This document shows positions 21,229 through 29,630 of a DNA stretch of 64,000 nt, in pieces; within the stretch, counting starts at the first letter, position 1, and the number at the start of each line of letters is the position of its first letter. The stretch covers positions 101,867 to 165,866 of the forward strand of contig CAVUQU010000002.1 of the NCBI GenBank assembly GCA_963743755.1. The letters run 5' to 3'. This stretch comes from an uncultured bacterium. Lineage in GTDB: Bacteria; Acidobacteriota; Aminicenantia; Aminicenantales; Saccharicenantaceae. The notes beneath the pieces are model-generated. The model ran no database searches. It saw nothing but the letters and a program-made list of their open reading frames with translations, and was not told the DNA's origin. Made by a program: the position numbers and the translations under genes.

Positions 21229-23199
21229 ATGAAAAACGGGGGGATCCGGCGGATCGTCTTTTGCGCTGTTATTCTGGCCGCGTCCACCGGCCTTTGGGGG
21301 GCCGATCACTACAGGGTCGTCAATGGTCCGAAGGACTTTTATTTCGGCCACATCAGCTACATCGAGCCGACGCCCGAGGGGACGGATCCCAGCGTCCTTC
21401 GCGAAGGCCGTTCCGAGCCCGAGCCGGGCATCCTCAACACGCCCATCGGCCCGGGCGATACCGTCCGGACATCGGCCGACCGGCGCTGCGAGATCCAGTT
21501 CGACACGGGGACGATCGTCCGCCTCGACGTCGCGACCGAGGTCCGGGTCGAGACCATCCTGGCCCGCAGCCTGAGCGGCCCAGACGCGCTCTCGGTCCTG
21601 ACCCTCGGAAAAGGCCGCATCTACGTCATGTACAAGGAATACGGCCGCCGGGAGATGTTCCAGGTCCTGACGGCCAACGCGGCCGTCAAGCTGAAGCACA
21701 ACTCCGTGGCCCTGGTCTCCGCGGCCGCCGACGGAACGACCGAGACTCAGGTGCGGTACGGCCGGGCCCAGGTGCTCTTCGGCCCCGATCCCAAGCTCCT
21801 CGACGACCGGGCGGTGAAGAAGGGCGAGCGCTTGATCGTTTTGAAGGACCACCAGTTCGAGCTGGCCGCGGCCATCGACGGCACGGCCTTCGAGCTGTGG
21901 AACCGGGATGTCAACGCTCATTTCGAAGACCTCCACGAAGGCCTGACCTCGCTGCCGAAGCCCCTGCAGAAGCTGCCGCCGGCCGTGTTCTATTTCGCCC
22001 AGACCTACGGCAACCGCTACGGCGAATGGCTCTGGGACGATTTCTACGGTTACGTCTGGCGCCCCTTCATCGACAACGGCTCCTATCCGTGGGGCTGGAG
22101 CCCGTATTACTACGGCCAGTGGTCCTACGCCGCCGGCCAGATGTTCTGGGTCCCCCAGGAGCCCTGGGGCTGGATCCCATACCACCTGGGCGTCTGGCAG
22201 TGGGACAAGAAACACGGTTGGTTCTGGCTGCCCGGATCGATGTTCGCCCCGGCCTGGGCGACCTGGGACTTCTACTTCGGTTACGCGGCCTGGCGGCCCT
22301 GGAGCCTCTACGACTGGATGTACGACGGCTCTTACTGGGCGTCCGGGCTGGGCTGGTCGGGAGACGGTCTTTACTACTCCCCTTACTGGGCCAGCGGTCC
22401 GAATACGGCCGGCTCGCTCGGGAGGACCGTCGTCCGCAAGAACTCCCTGAAGCAGCCGGCGCCGGCGTCCCTGCCCATTCCCGCCGAGCTCCGGGGGCTC
22501 GTCAAGAAGGTGACGACCGCCTACGAGAACGGCGATCCCCGGATACGCGGCGGAGCGGACGAGATCTCGCGCCGCCTCGTCCTCGTCGCCAAGGACGATC
22601 TCGGCTCCCGGGCGATCCACGAGAAGACGCTGACCCTGGACGCGGTCTCGAAGCGGACCGTCGCTCCGGCCGGCGAAGCCGCCGTGTCGCAGACCGTGCC
22701 GGATCCCCGCCGTGAGGCCGCCCGCACCTTCCTCGGCGTCGACGGGCCCGTGACGTCGCCGAGAAAAGTCCCGGCCCCGGAATCCGTGCGGGTCGAGGGC
22801 CGGGGCATCACCGCCTACCCGTCCGCCCCCGCCGTCCGGACCGGTTTGCCGGTCCGCCGGACGGAAGCTCCGGCGATGCGTTTCCGCGATTGGAATCCCG
22901 ACCTGCGCGTCGCCCGCGAGCTCGGCGTCCGGATCGAGTATTCGAGCGCCCGGAACGAGGTGCGCTGCCCCGAGCTAAACCTCTCTTCGAGGGACAGGGA
23001 GCGGGCGACGGGGCTTTCCCCTCACCTGACCGCGCACGGCGTAAGCTACGGCCCGGCCGTTTCGACCGGCGGTGAGTACGCCGGCGGTTCGAGCGCCTCG
23101 CCTTCTTCGCGCTCGGCCGGAGTCCGGTCCGAGGGCGTTTCCACAGCGACGCGGGGGGAAGCCAAGAGCGGCGGCGAAGGCGGGAAGATCAAAAACTGA
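21229..23199 (+). CDS. secreted FecR-domain protein with Trp/Tyr-rich central region (function unknown), intact 656 aa
   Basis: Signal peptide MKNGGIRRIVFCAVILAASTGLWGA. FecR-like segment ...GPGDTVRTSADRRCEIQFDTGTIVRLDVATEVRVE.... Then an extraordinary aromatic-rich stretch DFYGYVWRPFIDNGSYPWGWSPYYYGQWSYAAGQMFWVPQEPWGWIPYHLGVWQWDKKHGWFWLPG...WSLYDWMYDGSYWASGLGWSGDGLYYSPYWASG. RBS GAGGAG. Confidence 0.6.
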   Translation: MKNGGIRRIVFCAVILAASTGLWGADHYRVVNGPKDFYFGHISYIEPTPEGTDPSVLREGRSEPEPGILNTPIGPGDTVRTSADRRCEIQFDTGTIVRLDVATEVRVETILARSLSGPDALSVLTLGKGRIYVMYKEYGRREMFQVLTANAAVKLKHNSVALVSAAADGTTETQVRYGRAQVLFGPDPKLLDDRAVKKGERLIVLKDHQFELAAAIDGTAFELWNRDVNAHFEDLHEGLTSLPKPLQKLPPAVFYFAQTYGNRYGEWLWDDFYGYVWRPFIDNGSYPWGWSPYYYGQWSYAAGQMFWVPQEPWGWIPYHLGVWQWDKKHGWFWLPGSMFAPAWATWDFYFGYAAWRPWSLYDWMYDGSYWASGLGWSGDGLYYSPYWASGPNTAGSLGRTVVRKNSLKQPAPASLPIPAELRGLVKKVTTAYENGDPRIRGGADEISRRLVLVAKDDLGSRAIHEKTLTLDAVSKRTVAPAGEAAVSQTVPDPRREAARTFLGVDGPVTSPRKVPAPESVRVEGRGITAYPSAPAVRTGLPVRRTEAPAMRFRDWNPDLRVARELGVRIEYSSARNEVRCPELNLSSRDRERATGLSPHLTAHGVSYGPAVSTGGEYAGGSSASPSSRSAGVRSEGVSTATRGEAKSGGEGGKIKN

Positions 23200-24472
23200 A
23201 GCCGGCCGCATAGGCCCGGACGATCTCGGGCAGTCGAAGGGCGATGCCGAGCCTGTCGACCTCCTTTTTGTAGTCCTCCAGGAATTCCCTGCGCAGGGGA
23301 TCGGCCGGTTTGAACTTATGCCCCAGCGGGTTGACCGGGCTGCCGTGGTAGTAGATCCGGTAGTCGAGGTGGGGACCGGTCGAATCGCCCGTCGACCCGA
23401 CATAGCCGACGATGTCGCCGCCCTTGAGGGCGGCCCCCTTGCGTACCCCCGAACCGAAGCGGCTCAGGTGGAGGTAGGCCGTGCCGTAGGCGTTCTTGTG
23501 GGTCATCTTGACGGCGTTGCCGGCCGCGCCGTCCCTCCCGGCGAAGGTCACGGTGCCGTCGGCCGTCGCCTGGACCGGCGTCCCGATCGGGGCCGCGTAG
23601 TCGACGCCGTAGTGCGGCCGGTAGATCTTGTGGATGGGGTGGAACCGGCTGGCCGTGAACCGCGAGGTGATCCGGGCGAATTTGATCGGCGAGCGGAGGA
23701 AATCCTTGCGCCGCGAGCCGCCGGCCTCGTCGAAGTAGTCGGACGCCTTGGTGTCCGGGTAGGTGTAGCGGTAGGCCCGGAAGACCCGGCCCTCGTTGAC
23801 GAACTCCGCGGCCAGGATGTCGCGATAGCCGGCGAAGCGGCCGTCGAGGTAGCGCTTCTCGACGAAGACGCGGAAGGAATCGCCCTTGCGCAGGTCGGTG
23901 TTGAAATCGATGTCCCAGCCGAAGCAGCGCTCGACCAGGTCGATGGCCAGGCTGTCCTCCTCGCCGGCCGCGTTCAGGGCCGCGATGAGGCTGTCTTCGA
24001 TGACCCCGGAGACGAAGGCGGTCCGGAACTCGACGGGGACGTACTTCATCTCCGCTTCGATCCCGTCCTCTTTCCGGCGGACGACGAGGTACTGCGTCGC
24101 GTCGACGTCGTACTCGAGCCTCTGCCACGGCCCGTCGGCCAGGGAGGCCAGGCGGATCTCCTGGCCCGCCCGGATCTTGCCCAGGTCGTAGACCGGCTTG
24201 ACCGATTCCCGGAGGTCGTGGATCTCGCGGTCGGAGAAGCCGCGCCGCTTGAGCAGATCGGCCAGGGTCGAGCGCGGGGTGACGAGGATCTTCTCCTCGA
24301 CGAGGGCCGGCCCGGGCGGAGGCGGGGCGACCACCGGTCCGGCGGCCGCGGCCGGCACGGGCGCGGCAGGCGGGAAGAGGGCCCTGGCCAGAAAGACGAG
24401 GCCTGCGGCCGCGCCGACGACGACCGCGACGGCCGCCGCGACGCGGGTCCTGTTCAGCTTGGCTCGGTCCAT
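23189..24472 (-). CDS. M23-family metallopeptidase (peptidoglycan endopeptidase-like), intact
   Basis: N-terminal TM/Ala-Pro-rich linker; C-terminal M23 motifs HYGVDYAAPIGTPVQATADGTVTFAG...GNAVKMTH...GDIVGYVGSTGDSTGPHLDY. Convergent with the FecR-like gene and overlaps its end by 11 nt. Confidence 0.85.
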   Translation of the reverse strand: MDRAKLNRTRVAAAVAVVVGAAAGLVFLARALFPPAAPVPAAAAGPVVAPPPPGPALVEEKILVTPRSTLADLLKRRGFSDREIHDLRESVKPVYDLGKIRAGQEIRLASLADGPWQRLEYDVDATQYLVVRRKEDGIEAEMKYVPVEFRTAFVSGVIEDSLIAALNAAGEEDSLAIDLVERCFGWDIDFNTDLRKGDSFRVFVEKRYLDGRFAGYRDILAAEFVNEGRVFRAYRYTYPDTKASDYFDEAGGSRRKDFLRSPIKFARITSRFTASRFHPIHKIYRPHYGVDYAAPIGTPVQATADGTVTFAGRDGAAGNAVKMTHKNAYGTAYLHLSRFGSGVRKGAALKGGDIVGYVGSTGDSTGPHLDYRIYYHGSPVNPLGHKFKPADPLRREFLEDYKKEVDRLGIALRLPEIVRAYAAGFSF

Positions 24473-24485
24473 CCTCTCGGCATTT

Positions 24486-25238
24486 TCACGAAGGGATGAC
24501 CTTGGGCTCGGTCTTCTTCCGGGGGTGTTTCTTGAATAGGCGGACCAGGGCGACCGTCGGTCCCGAGAGGACGTTCAGGCCGAAGTAGAGGAGCATGAAG
24601 TAGCGCGCGTAGAACAGGACGCCGAAGAGGGAGACGGCCACGACGAGGGCGGTGCGGATGTTGATGCGCTGGCCGATGAAGGCCTTGATGAAGTTCGGAT
24701 AGGGCAGCGTGCTGACCATGCACAGGGAGACGAGGAGCATGGCCACGGCGACGAGAAACCCGGACTCCCGGGTGGCCAGCGGGACGGGGTGGAAGTTGAC
24801 GATCGCGCACATGAACATGGCCGCCGAGGGGACGGTCAGGCCCTGGTAGTGCTTCCGGTCCGTCGGCACCTTGCTGCGGACGTTGTAGCGGGCCAGACGG
24901 AGGACCCCCGCGGTCAGGAAGACGAAGCTGAAGAAGACGGCCGGCGTCCCGGCCGTCTCCATCCCCCAGAAATAGAGCAGGATGGACGTCGCCAGCCCGA
25001 ACGAGACCGCGTCGGCCAGGGAGTCGAGCTCGACCCCGAAATCGGACGGCGTGTGGGTGGCCCGGGCGACCAGGCCGTCGAGCCCGTCCATCAGCGCGGC
25101 GATGATGATCAGGATCGCGGCCATCCGGTAGCGACCCTGGAACGTCAGCAGGACGCTCATGAAGCCGAAGAACAGGTTGGTCAGCGAGAACAGGCTGGGC
25201 AGGACGCTGACCCCGTACTGGACTTTTTTCGATCTCAT
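24486..25238 (-). CDS. pssA: CDP-diacylglycerol--serine O-phosphatidyltransferase (CDP-alcohol phosphatidyltransferase family)
   Basis: MRSKKVQYGVSVLPSLFSLTNLFFGF...AALMDGLDGLVARATHTPSDFGVELDSLADAVSFG (D-G..AR-G..G...D...D motif); multiple TM helices. The ATG overlaps the psd stop (ATGA). Confidence 0.75.
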   Translation of the reverse strand: MRSKKVQYGVSVLPSLFSLTNLFFGFMSVLLTFQGRYRMAAILIIIAALMDGLDGLVARATHTPSDFGVELDSLADAVSFGLATSILLYFWGMETAGTPAVFFSFVFLTAGVLRLARYNVRSKVPTDRKHYQGLTVPSAAMFMCAIVNFHPVPLATRESGFLVAVAMLLVSLCMVSTLPYPNFIKAFIGQRINIRTALVVAVSLFGVLFYARYFMLLYFGLNVLSGPTVALVRLFKKHPRKKTEPKVIPS

Positions 25239-25864
25239 GGTTGAACCTCGCCGATGACGGTCTGGCCGGCCTTGACCTTGTCGTGGAGCCGGACTTTCAG
25301 GACGACGCTCCGGGGCACGGTCAGCTCGACGCGCGACCCGAAGAACATCAATCCCACTTTCCCGCCGCGGGCCGCCGTGTCCCCGGCCTGGACGAAGGAT
25401 TTGATGCGGCGGGCGGCGACGCCGACGATCATCTTCATGACCGCGTCGATCGCCGCGCCTTTGAGGACGAGGGTCGTCGATTCGTTGTGCTCGCCGGCCT
25501 CGGGCTTGTAGGCGGGCAGGAACTTGCCGGCATGATGGTCGACCGAGGCCACGGTCGCGGCGAGCGGCGCGCGGACGATGTGGACGTCGGTGAGGGAGAG
25601 GAAGATGGTGATCCGCGAGACGGGGCCCGGCAGAGAAGGATGGGCGTCGAGGGCCTCGAGCCCCAGGACCTCGCCGTCGGCCGGGGAGACGAGGAGGTTG
25701 TCGCCCGCCGGCGGGACGCGGTCCGGGTCGCGGAAGAAGAAGGCGAAGGCGCAGGCGAGAACGAAGAAGACGACGGCGAGGACGCTGAGGCCGAGCGCGC
25801 CGAAGAGGAGGGCCAGGCCCGCCGAGGGGAGGATGAAGCGCAGGCCTTCTTTGGCGATCTTCAT
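25235..25864 (-). CDS. psd: phosphatidylserine decarboxylase (short archaetidylserine-decarboxylase-like type) proenzyme
   Basis: MKIAKEGLRFILPSAGLALLFGALG...DRVPPAGDNLLVSPADGEVLGLE...LTDVHIVRAP...KGQELGHFEFGSTV-like ...GKVGLMFFGSRVEL. Order is psd-pssA, coupled. Confidence 0.7.
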   Translation of the reverse strand: MKIAKEGLRFILPSAGLALLFGALGLSVLAVVFFVLACAFAFFFRDPDRVPPAGDNLLVSPADGEVLGLEALDAHPSLPGPVSRITIFLSLTDVHIVRAPLAATVASVDHHAGKFLPAYKPEAGEHNESTTLVLKGAAIDAVMKMIVGVAARRIKSFVQAGDTAARGGKVGLMFFGSRVELTVPRSVVLKVRLHDKVKAGQTVIGEVQP

Positions 25865-25872
25865 CGGGCTCC

Positions 25873-27345
25873 TCAGCGGTCGGCCCACGCGTGGGCGGCC
25901 AGGAAGGCCAGCTTGGCGGCGTCGGCCATGATGTCGGGATTGATCCGGTAGATCGTATCCCCGGTCTGGTGGTAGGCCAGGTGCGGTCCGTTCGAGCCGA
26001 AGCTGGCCGCGGGGATACCATCGAGGAAGAAGGGCGCGAAGTCGGAGCCGCGGACGCCGACGCCGCTGATGACGCCGAGGCCGCGGAGGATCTTGACCGA
26101 CGCGTCGGCCTCTTCGATCGTTCTCTTGAATTCGGCCGGTTCGGCCGAGACGGCGCCCCAGAGCCCGTCGCCCTCTCCGGTCATGTCGAAGTTGAGCATG
26201 CCCGCGACCTTGTCGAAAGGCCCCGGAACGTGGTCGACGAACCAGCCCGAGCCCTGGAGTCCCATCTCTTCCCCGCCGAACAGGGCGACGACGATCGAGC
26301 GCTTGGGCTTGCGGGCCAGCGCGGCGAAGGCCTTGCCGGCCTGCATGACCGAGGCGCTGCCGCTGGCGTTGTCGTCGGCGCCCGGGAAGAGCAGGCCCAT
26401 GTGGGCGCCGGTGTGGTCGAAGTGGCCGCCGATGACGACGCATTCCCGGCGCAGCTTCGGGTCGGAGCCTTCGACGTAGCCGACGACGTTGTAGCCGACG
26501 GCCTGGGGGAAATGCCGGGACTCGACGGCCAGGCGGATCTTGGCCTTGAGCGGGAACGAGACCGGCCGCTTCCAGGTCTGCAGGGATGTCCTAAGGTCCG
26601 CCGAGGTCGCATCGACCTCCTTGAGGATGGCGTCCATGACCTTGAGACCGATCATGGCCGGCGTGAACCCTTCGAGGAAGTCGCCGTTGGGATTGGAGGC
26701 GATCTCGTCGTAGATATAGATGATGCCGAGCGCGCCCTTGTCGCGGGCCGTCGTCATCCGGGTCCGGTGTTCGTCGAAGTGCACGTACTTGGGGTCGCGG
26801 TCGGGCGTGCCGCGAAAGCAGAGGACGAACTTGCCCTTGACGTCGAGGCCGGCGTAATCGTCATAGCCGATCTCTGGCGCTGAGATGCCCCAACCGGCGA
26901 AGACCGTCCCGGCGGTCCTGTCGCCGCTCGCGGAATAGAGCAGGGGCAGGAAGTCCTTCTCGGGAACGAGCTTCATCTCTTTAAACGCCTGGCCCTTGGC
27001 CGCGTCCGCCGGGCCGTCGGGCAGCAGGAGGGTCATCTCGGCCTTGTCGACGATCGTGTAGGGCGACGGGTAGGGCTGGAGGTAGCCGTCCTTGCCCGAA
27101 ATGGGCTTGAGTCCCCAGGCGGCGAGCTTCTTCGCCGCCCACTGGGCGGCGGCCGTGTAGCCGGGATGTCCCGTCAGCCGGCCGGCGTACTCGGGAGAGG
27201 CGAGGGTCTTGACGATGTCGTAGGTCTCGGCCGGGCTGATCGCCTTGAGGCCGGCCTTGAGATTGTTATCAACGAGTTGCGCCGGCAAGGCCAGAGCAAC
27301 GAGGAGAACGAGCGCCGTGATCGCGAGGGGACGGGTTTTCAGCAT
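25873..27345 (-). CDS. M28-family aminopeptidase with PA domain, secreted, intact (paralog 1)
   Basis: Signal peptide MLKTRPLAITALVLLVALALPAQL; FAGWGISAPEIGYDDYAGLDVKGKFVL (PA domain); GGHFDHTG...DDNASGSASVM...GGEEMGLQGS...FDM.G (M28 zinc ligands). Confidence 0.8.
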   Translation of the reverse strand: MLKTRPLAITALVLLVALALPAQLVDNNLKAGLKAISPAETYDIVKTLASPEYAGRLTGHPGYTAAAQWAAKKLAAWGLKPISGKDGYLQPYPSPYTIVDKAEMTLLLPDGPADAAKGQAFKEMKLVPEKDFLPLLYSASGDRTAGTVFAGWGISAPEIGYDDYAGLDVKGKFVLCFRGTPDRDPKYVHFDEHRTRMTTARDKGALGIIYIYDEIASNPNGDFLEGFTPAMIGLKVMDAILKEVDATSADLRTSLQTWKRPVSFPLKAKIRLAVESRHFPQAVGYNVVGYVEGSDPKLRRECVVIGGHFDHTGAHMGLLFPGADDNASGSASVMQAGKAFAALARKPKRSIVVALFGGEEMGLQGSGWFVDHVPGPFDKVAGMLNFDMTGEGDGLWGAVSAEPAEFKRTIEEADASVKILRGLGVISGVGVRGSDFAPFFLDGIPAASFGSNGPHLAYHQTGDTIYRINPDIMADAAKLAFLAAHAWADR

Positions 27346-27445
27346 GGGCCCAGGGGTCTCCTTTCCGGGCAAACTTCTTCCACCTGGGATAATAGGCCGT
27401 TCCGGGCTAAAAGTAAATCCGGACGGGACTGCCCCGCCTCCCGGG

Positions 27446-27640
27446 CTATTTCTTCAGCGAGCGCCGTCGGGCGATCTCCTTTTTGACGGCGGGGTGGAGG
27501 ATGAAGATGTAATAGAGGGCCAGGAGGGCCAGGATGAGCAGGAAGCGGGGCACGTTGCCCTTGGCGAGGGAGAGAAAAGCGAACACCAGGACGGCCAGGA
27601 GGCCACCCAAGTGGACGAAGGCGAAAAGGGTGTCTAACAA
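27446..27640 (-). CDS. small (64 aa) two-helix membrane protein, unknown function
   Basis: MLDTLFAFVHLGGLLAVLVFAFLSLAKGNVPRFLLILALLALYYIFILHPAVKKEIARRRSLKK, in an operon position between ppiB and the M28 gene. Weak evidence. Confidence 0.35.
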   Translation of the reverse strand: MLDTLFAFVHLGGLLAVLVFAFLSLAKGNVPRFLLILALLALYYIFILHPAVKKEIARRRSLKK

Positions 27641-27652
27641 GCGCCCCCGGCG

Positions 27653-28234
27653 CTACTTCACGACCGTGGCGGAGAGGATCGTGATCGGCGCGAGCGGGAC
27701 GTCCCCGTGGCCGCGCTTGTTCACGGTCGGGACCTTGGCGATGGCGTCGACGACGTCCATGCCGGCGACGACCTTGCCGAAGACGCAGTAGCCGAAGCCC
27801 TCGGGCGTGTTGTCCTTGTGGTTCAGGAAGGCGTTGTCCTTGAGGTTGACGAAGAACTGGCTGGTGGCGCTGTCGACGACGTTGGTCCGGGCCATGGCCA
27901 CGGTGCCGCGCGTGTTCTTCAGGCCGTTGCCCGCCTCGTTCTTGATGGCGGGATTGCCCGACTTCTGGCGCATCTCGGCGTCCATGCCGCCGCACTGGAT
28001 CATGAAGTTGGGGATGACGCGGTGGAAGATCAGGCCGTCGTAGAACTTGGCCTCGACGTAATCCAGGATGTTCTGGACGGTGATCGGCGCCTTGGCCGGA
28101 TAGAGCTCGATGGTGATGTCGCCCTGGCTCGTCTTGAACAGGACCTTGGGATTGGCCTCCGGGGCTTGAGCCATGACCGTGCCGGCCAGGAAGACCGTCG
28201 CGGCGAAGAGAACGGGCAGGATATTCCGGGTCAT
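27653..28234 (-). CDS. ppiB: peptidyl-prolyl cis-trans isomerase, cyclophilin type, periplasmic
   Basis: Signal peptide [22 protein letters not shown]; ...[14 protein letters not shown]...[24 protein letters not shown]...[15 protein letters not shown]. Confidence 0.85.
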   Translation of the reverse strand: MTRNILPVLFAATVFLAGTVMAQAPEANPKVLFKTSQGDITIELYPAKAPITVQNILDYVEAKFYDGLIFHRVIPNFMIQCGGMDAEMRQKSGNPAIKNEAGNGLKNTRGTVAMARTNVVDSATSQFFVNLKDNAFLNHKDNTPEGFGYCVFGKVVAGMDVVDAIAKVPTVNKRGHGDVPLAPITILSATVVK

Positions 28235-28341
28235 GAGAACCTCCTAAGAGACTCGGTCAAAAAACCAAAATAGCAGATTCGGAAGGCCGAATCAAACGGG
28301 AGATGCTATAATGCCCCTTCGTTCTTTCAAGGAGCCAGCCC

Positions 28342-29529
28342 GTGAAAAAGCACGAAAGCCAGAGCCCTGAGACCCTCGCCATCCACGCCGGCCAAGCGCC
28401 GGACCCCGTCTACGGCGGGGTATCGGTCCCCATCTACCAATCCTCGACCTTCGCCTTCGCGAGCGCCGAGCAGGGGGCGGCCCGGTTTGCCGGGACGGAG
28501 AAGGGCTTCATCTACACCCGCATCGCCAACCCGACCGTCCGGGCCCTCGAGGAGAGCCTGGCGACGCTCGAGGGCGGCTTCGATGCCTCGGCCACGGCCT
28601 CGGGCATGGCCGCCGTGACGACGATCTACACGGCCCTGCTCGACAAGGACGCGCACGTCGTCGGCACCGCCTCGATCTACGGGCCCTCGCGGACGGTCAT
28701 CGAGAACGAGTTCTCCCGTTTCGGCGTCCGGTCGGATTTCGTGGACACGTCCGACATCCGCAACGTGGAAAAGGTCCTGCGGCCGGAAACGAAGCTCCTG
28801 TTCGTCGAGACGCCGGCCAATCCCACCCTGGCCCTGACCGATCTCAAAGCCTGTGCCCGGATCGCCCGCGAGCGGGGCATCACGTTCGTTGTCGACAACA
28901 CGTTTTCGAGCCCGCTGCTGCAGAATCCGCTGGCCTTGGGCGCGGACGTGGTGATGCACAGCCTGACCAAGTTCATCAACGGCCACAGCGACGTCGTGGG
29001 CGGCGCGATCATCGCCCGCGAGGAGGCGCTCCACAAACGGCTCCGCAAGGTCCTCGTTCTCATGGGCGGCACGATGGATCCCCACCAGGCCTGGCTCGTG
29101 TTGCGGGGGGTCCGGACCCTGGCGCTCAGGGTCGAGAAGAGCCAGGCCAACGCCGGCGCGCTCGCCCCCTGGCTGGCCGCCCACCCCAAGGTCGCCTGGG
29201 TGAATTATCCCGGTCTCGAGAGCCACCCTCAGCACGCGCTGGCCAAAGAGCAGATGAAGGGCTTCGGCTCGATGCTCTGCTTCGGCCTCCGCGGCGGCTA
29301 CGAGGCCGGCCGCAAGATGATCAACGCGGTGGAGCTCTGCACGCTGGCCGTTTCGCTCGGCGGCATCGAGAGCCTTATCCAGCACCCGGCCAGCATGACC
29401 CACGCCGGCCTGCCGAAGGAGCACCGGGAGATGGCCGGCATCACCGACGACCTCATCCGGCTGTCTGTCGGCTGCGAGGGCGTCGAAGACATCCGGGCCG
29501 ACCTCGATCAGGCCCTCGCCAAGGCCTGA
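28342..29529 (+). CDS. PLP-dependent Cys/Met-metabolism enzyme (methionine gamma-lyase / cystathionine gamma-synthase family), intact
   Basis: GTG start with RBS AAGGAG; TLAIHAG...YQSSTF...YTRIANPT...ASGMAA...HSLTKFINGHSDVVGGAI (PLP-lysine motif). A -10 TATAAT sits at about 28303. Confidence 0.8.
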   Translation: MKKHESQSPETLAIHAGQAPDPVYGGVSVPIYQSSTFAFASAEQGAARFAGTEKGFIYTRIANPTVRALEESLATLEGGFDASATASGMAAVTTIYTALLDKDAHVVGTASIYGPSRTVIENEFSRFGVRSDFVDTSDIRNVEKVLRPETKLLFVETPANPTLALTDLKACARIARERGITFVVDNTFSSPLLQNPLALGADVVMHSLTKFINGHSDVVGGAIIAREEALHKRLRKVLVLMGGTMDPHQAWLVLRGVRTLALRVEKSQANAGALAPWLAAHPKVAWVNYPGLESHPQHALAKEQMKGFGSMLCFGLRGGYEAGRKMINAVELCTLAVSLGGIESLIQHPASMTHAGLPKEHREMAGITDDLIRLSVGCEGVEDIRADLDQALAKA

Positions 29530-29630
29530 CGTGCCCGGCGGGCGTCGCGCGAATCGCCCGGGCGCTTTGACTTGGAGGCGGGACCGAACGTAGAATACTC
29601 CTCCATCCCGCCGACGAAGGAGGAGTCGTC

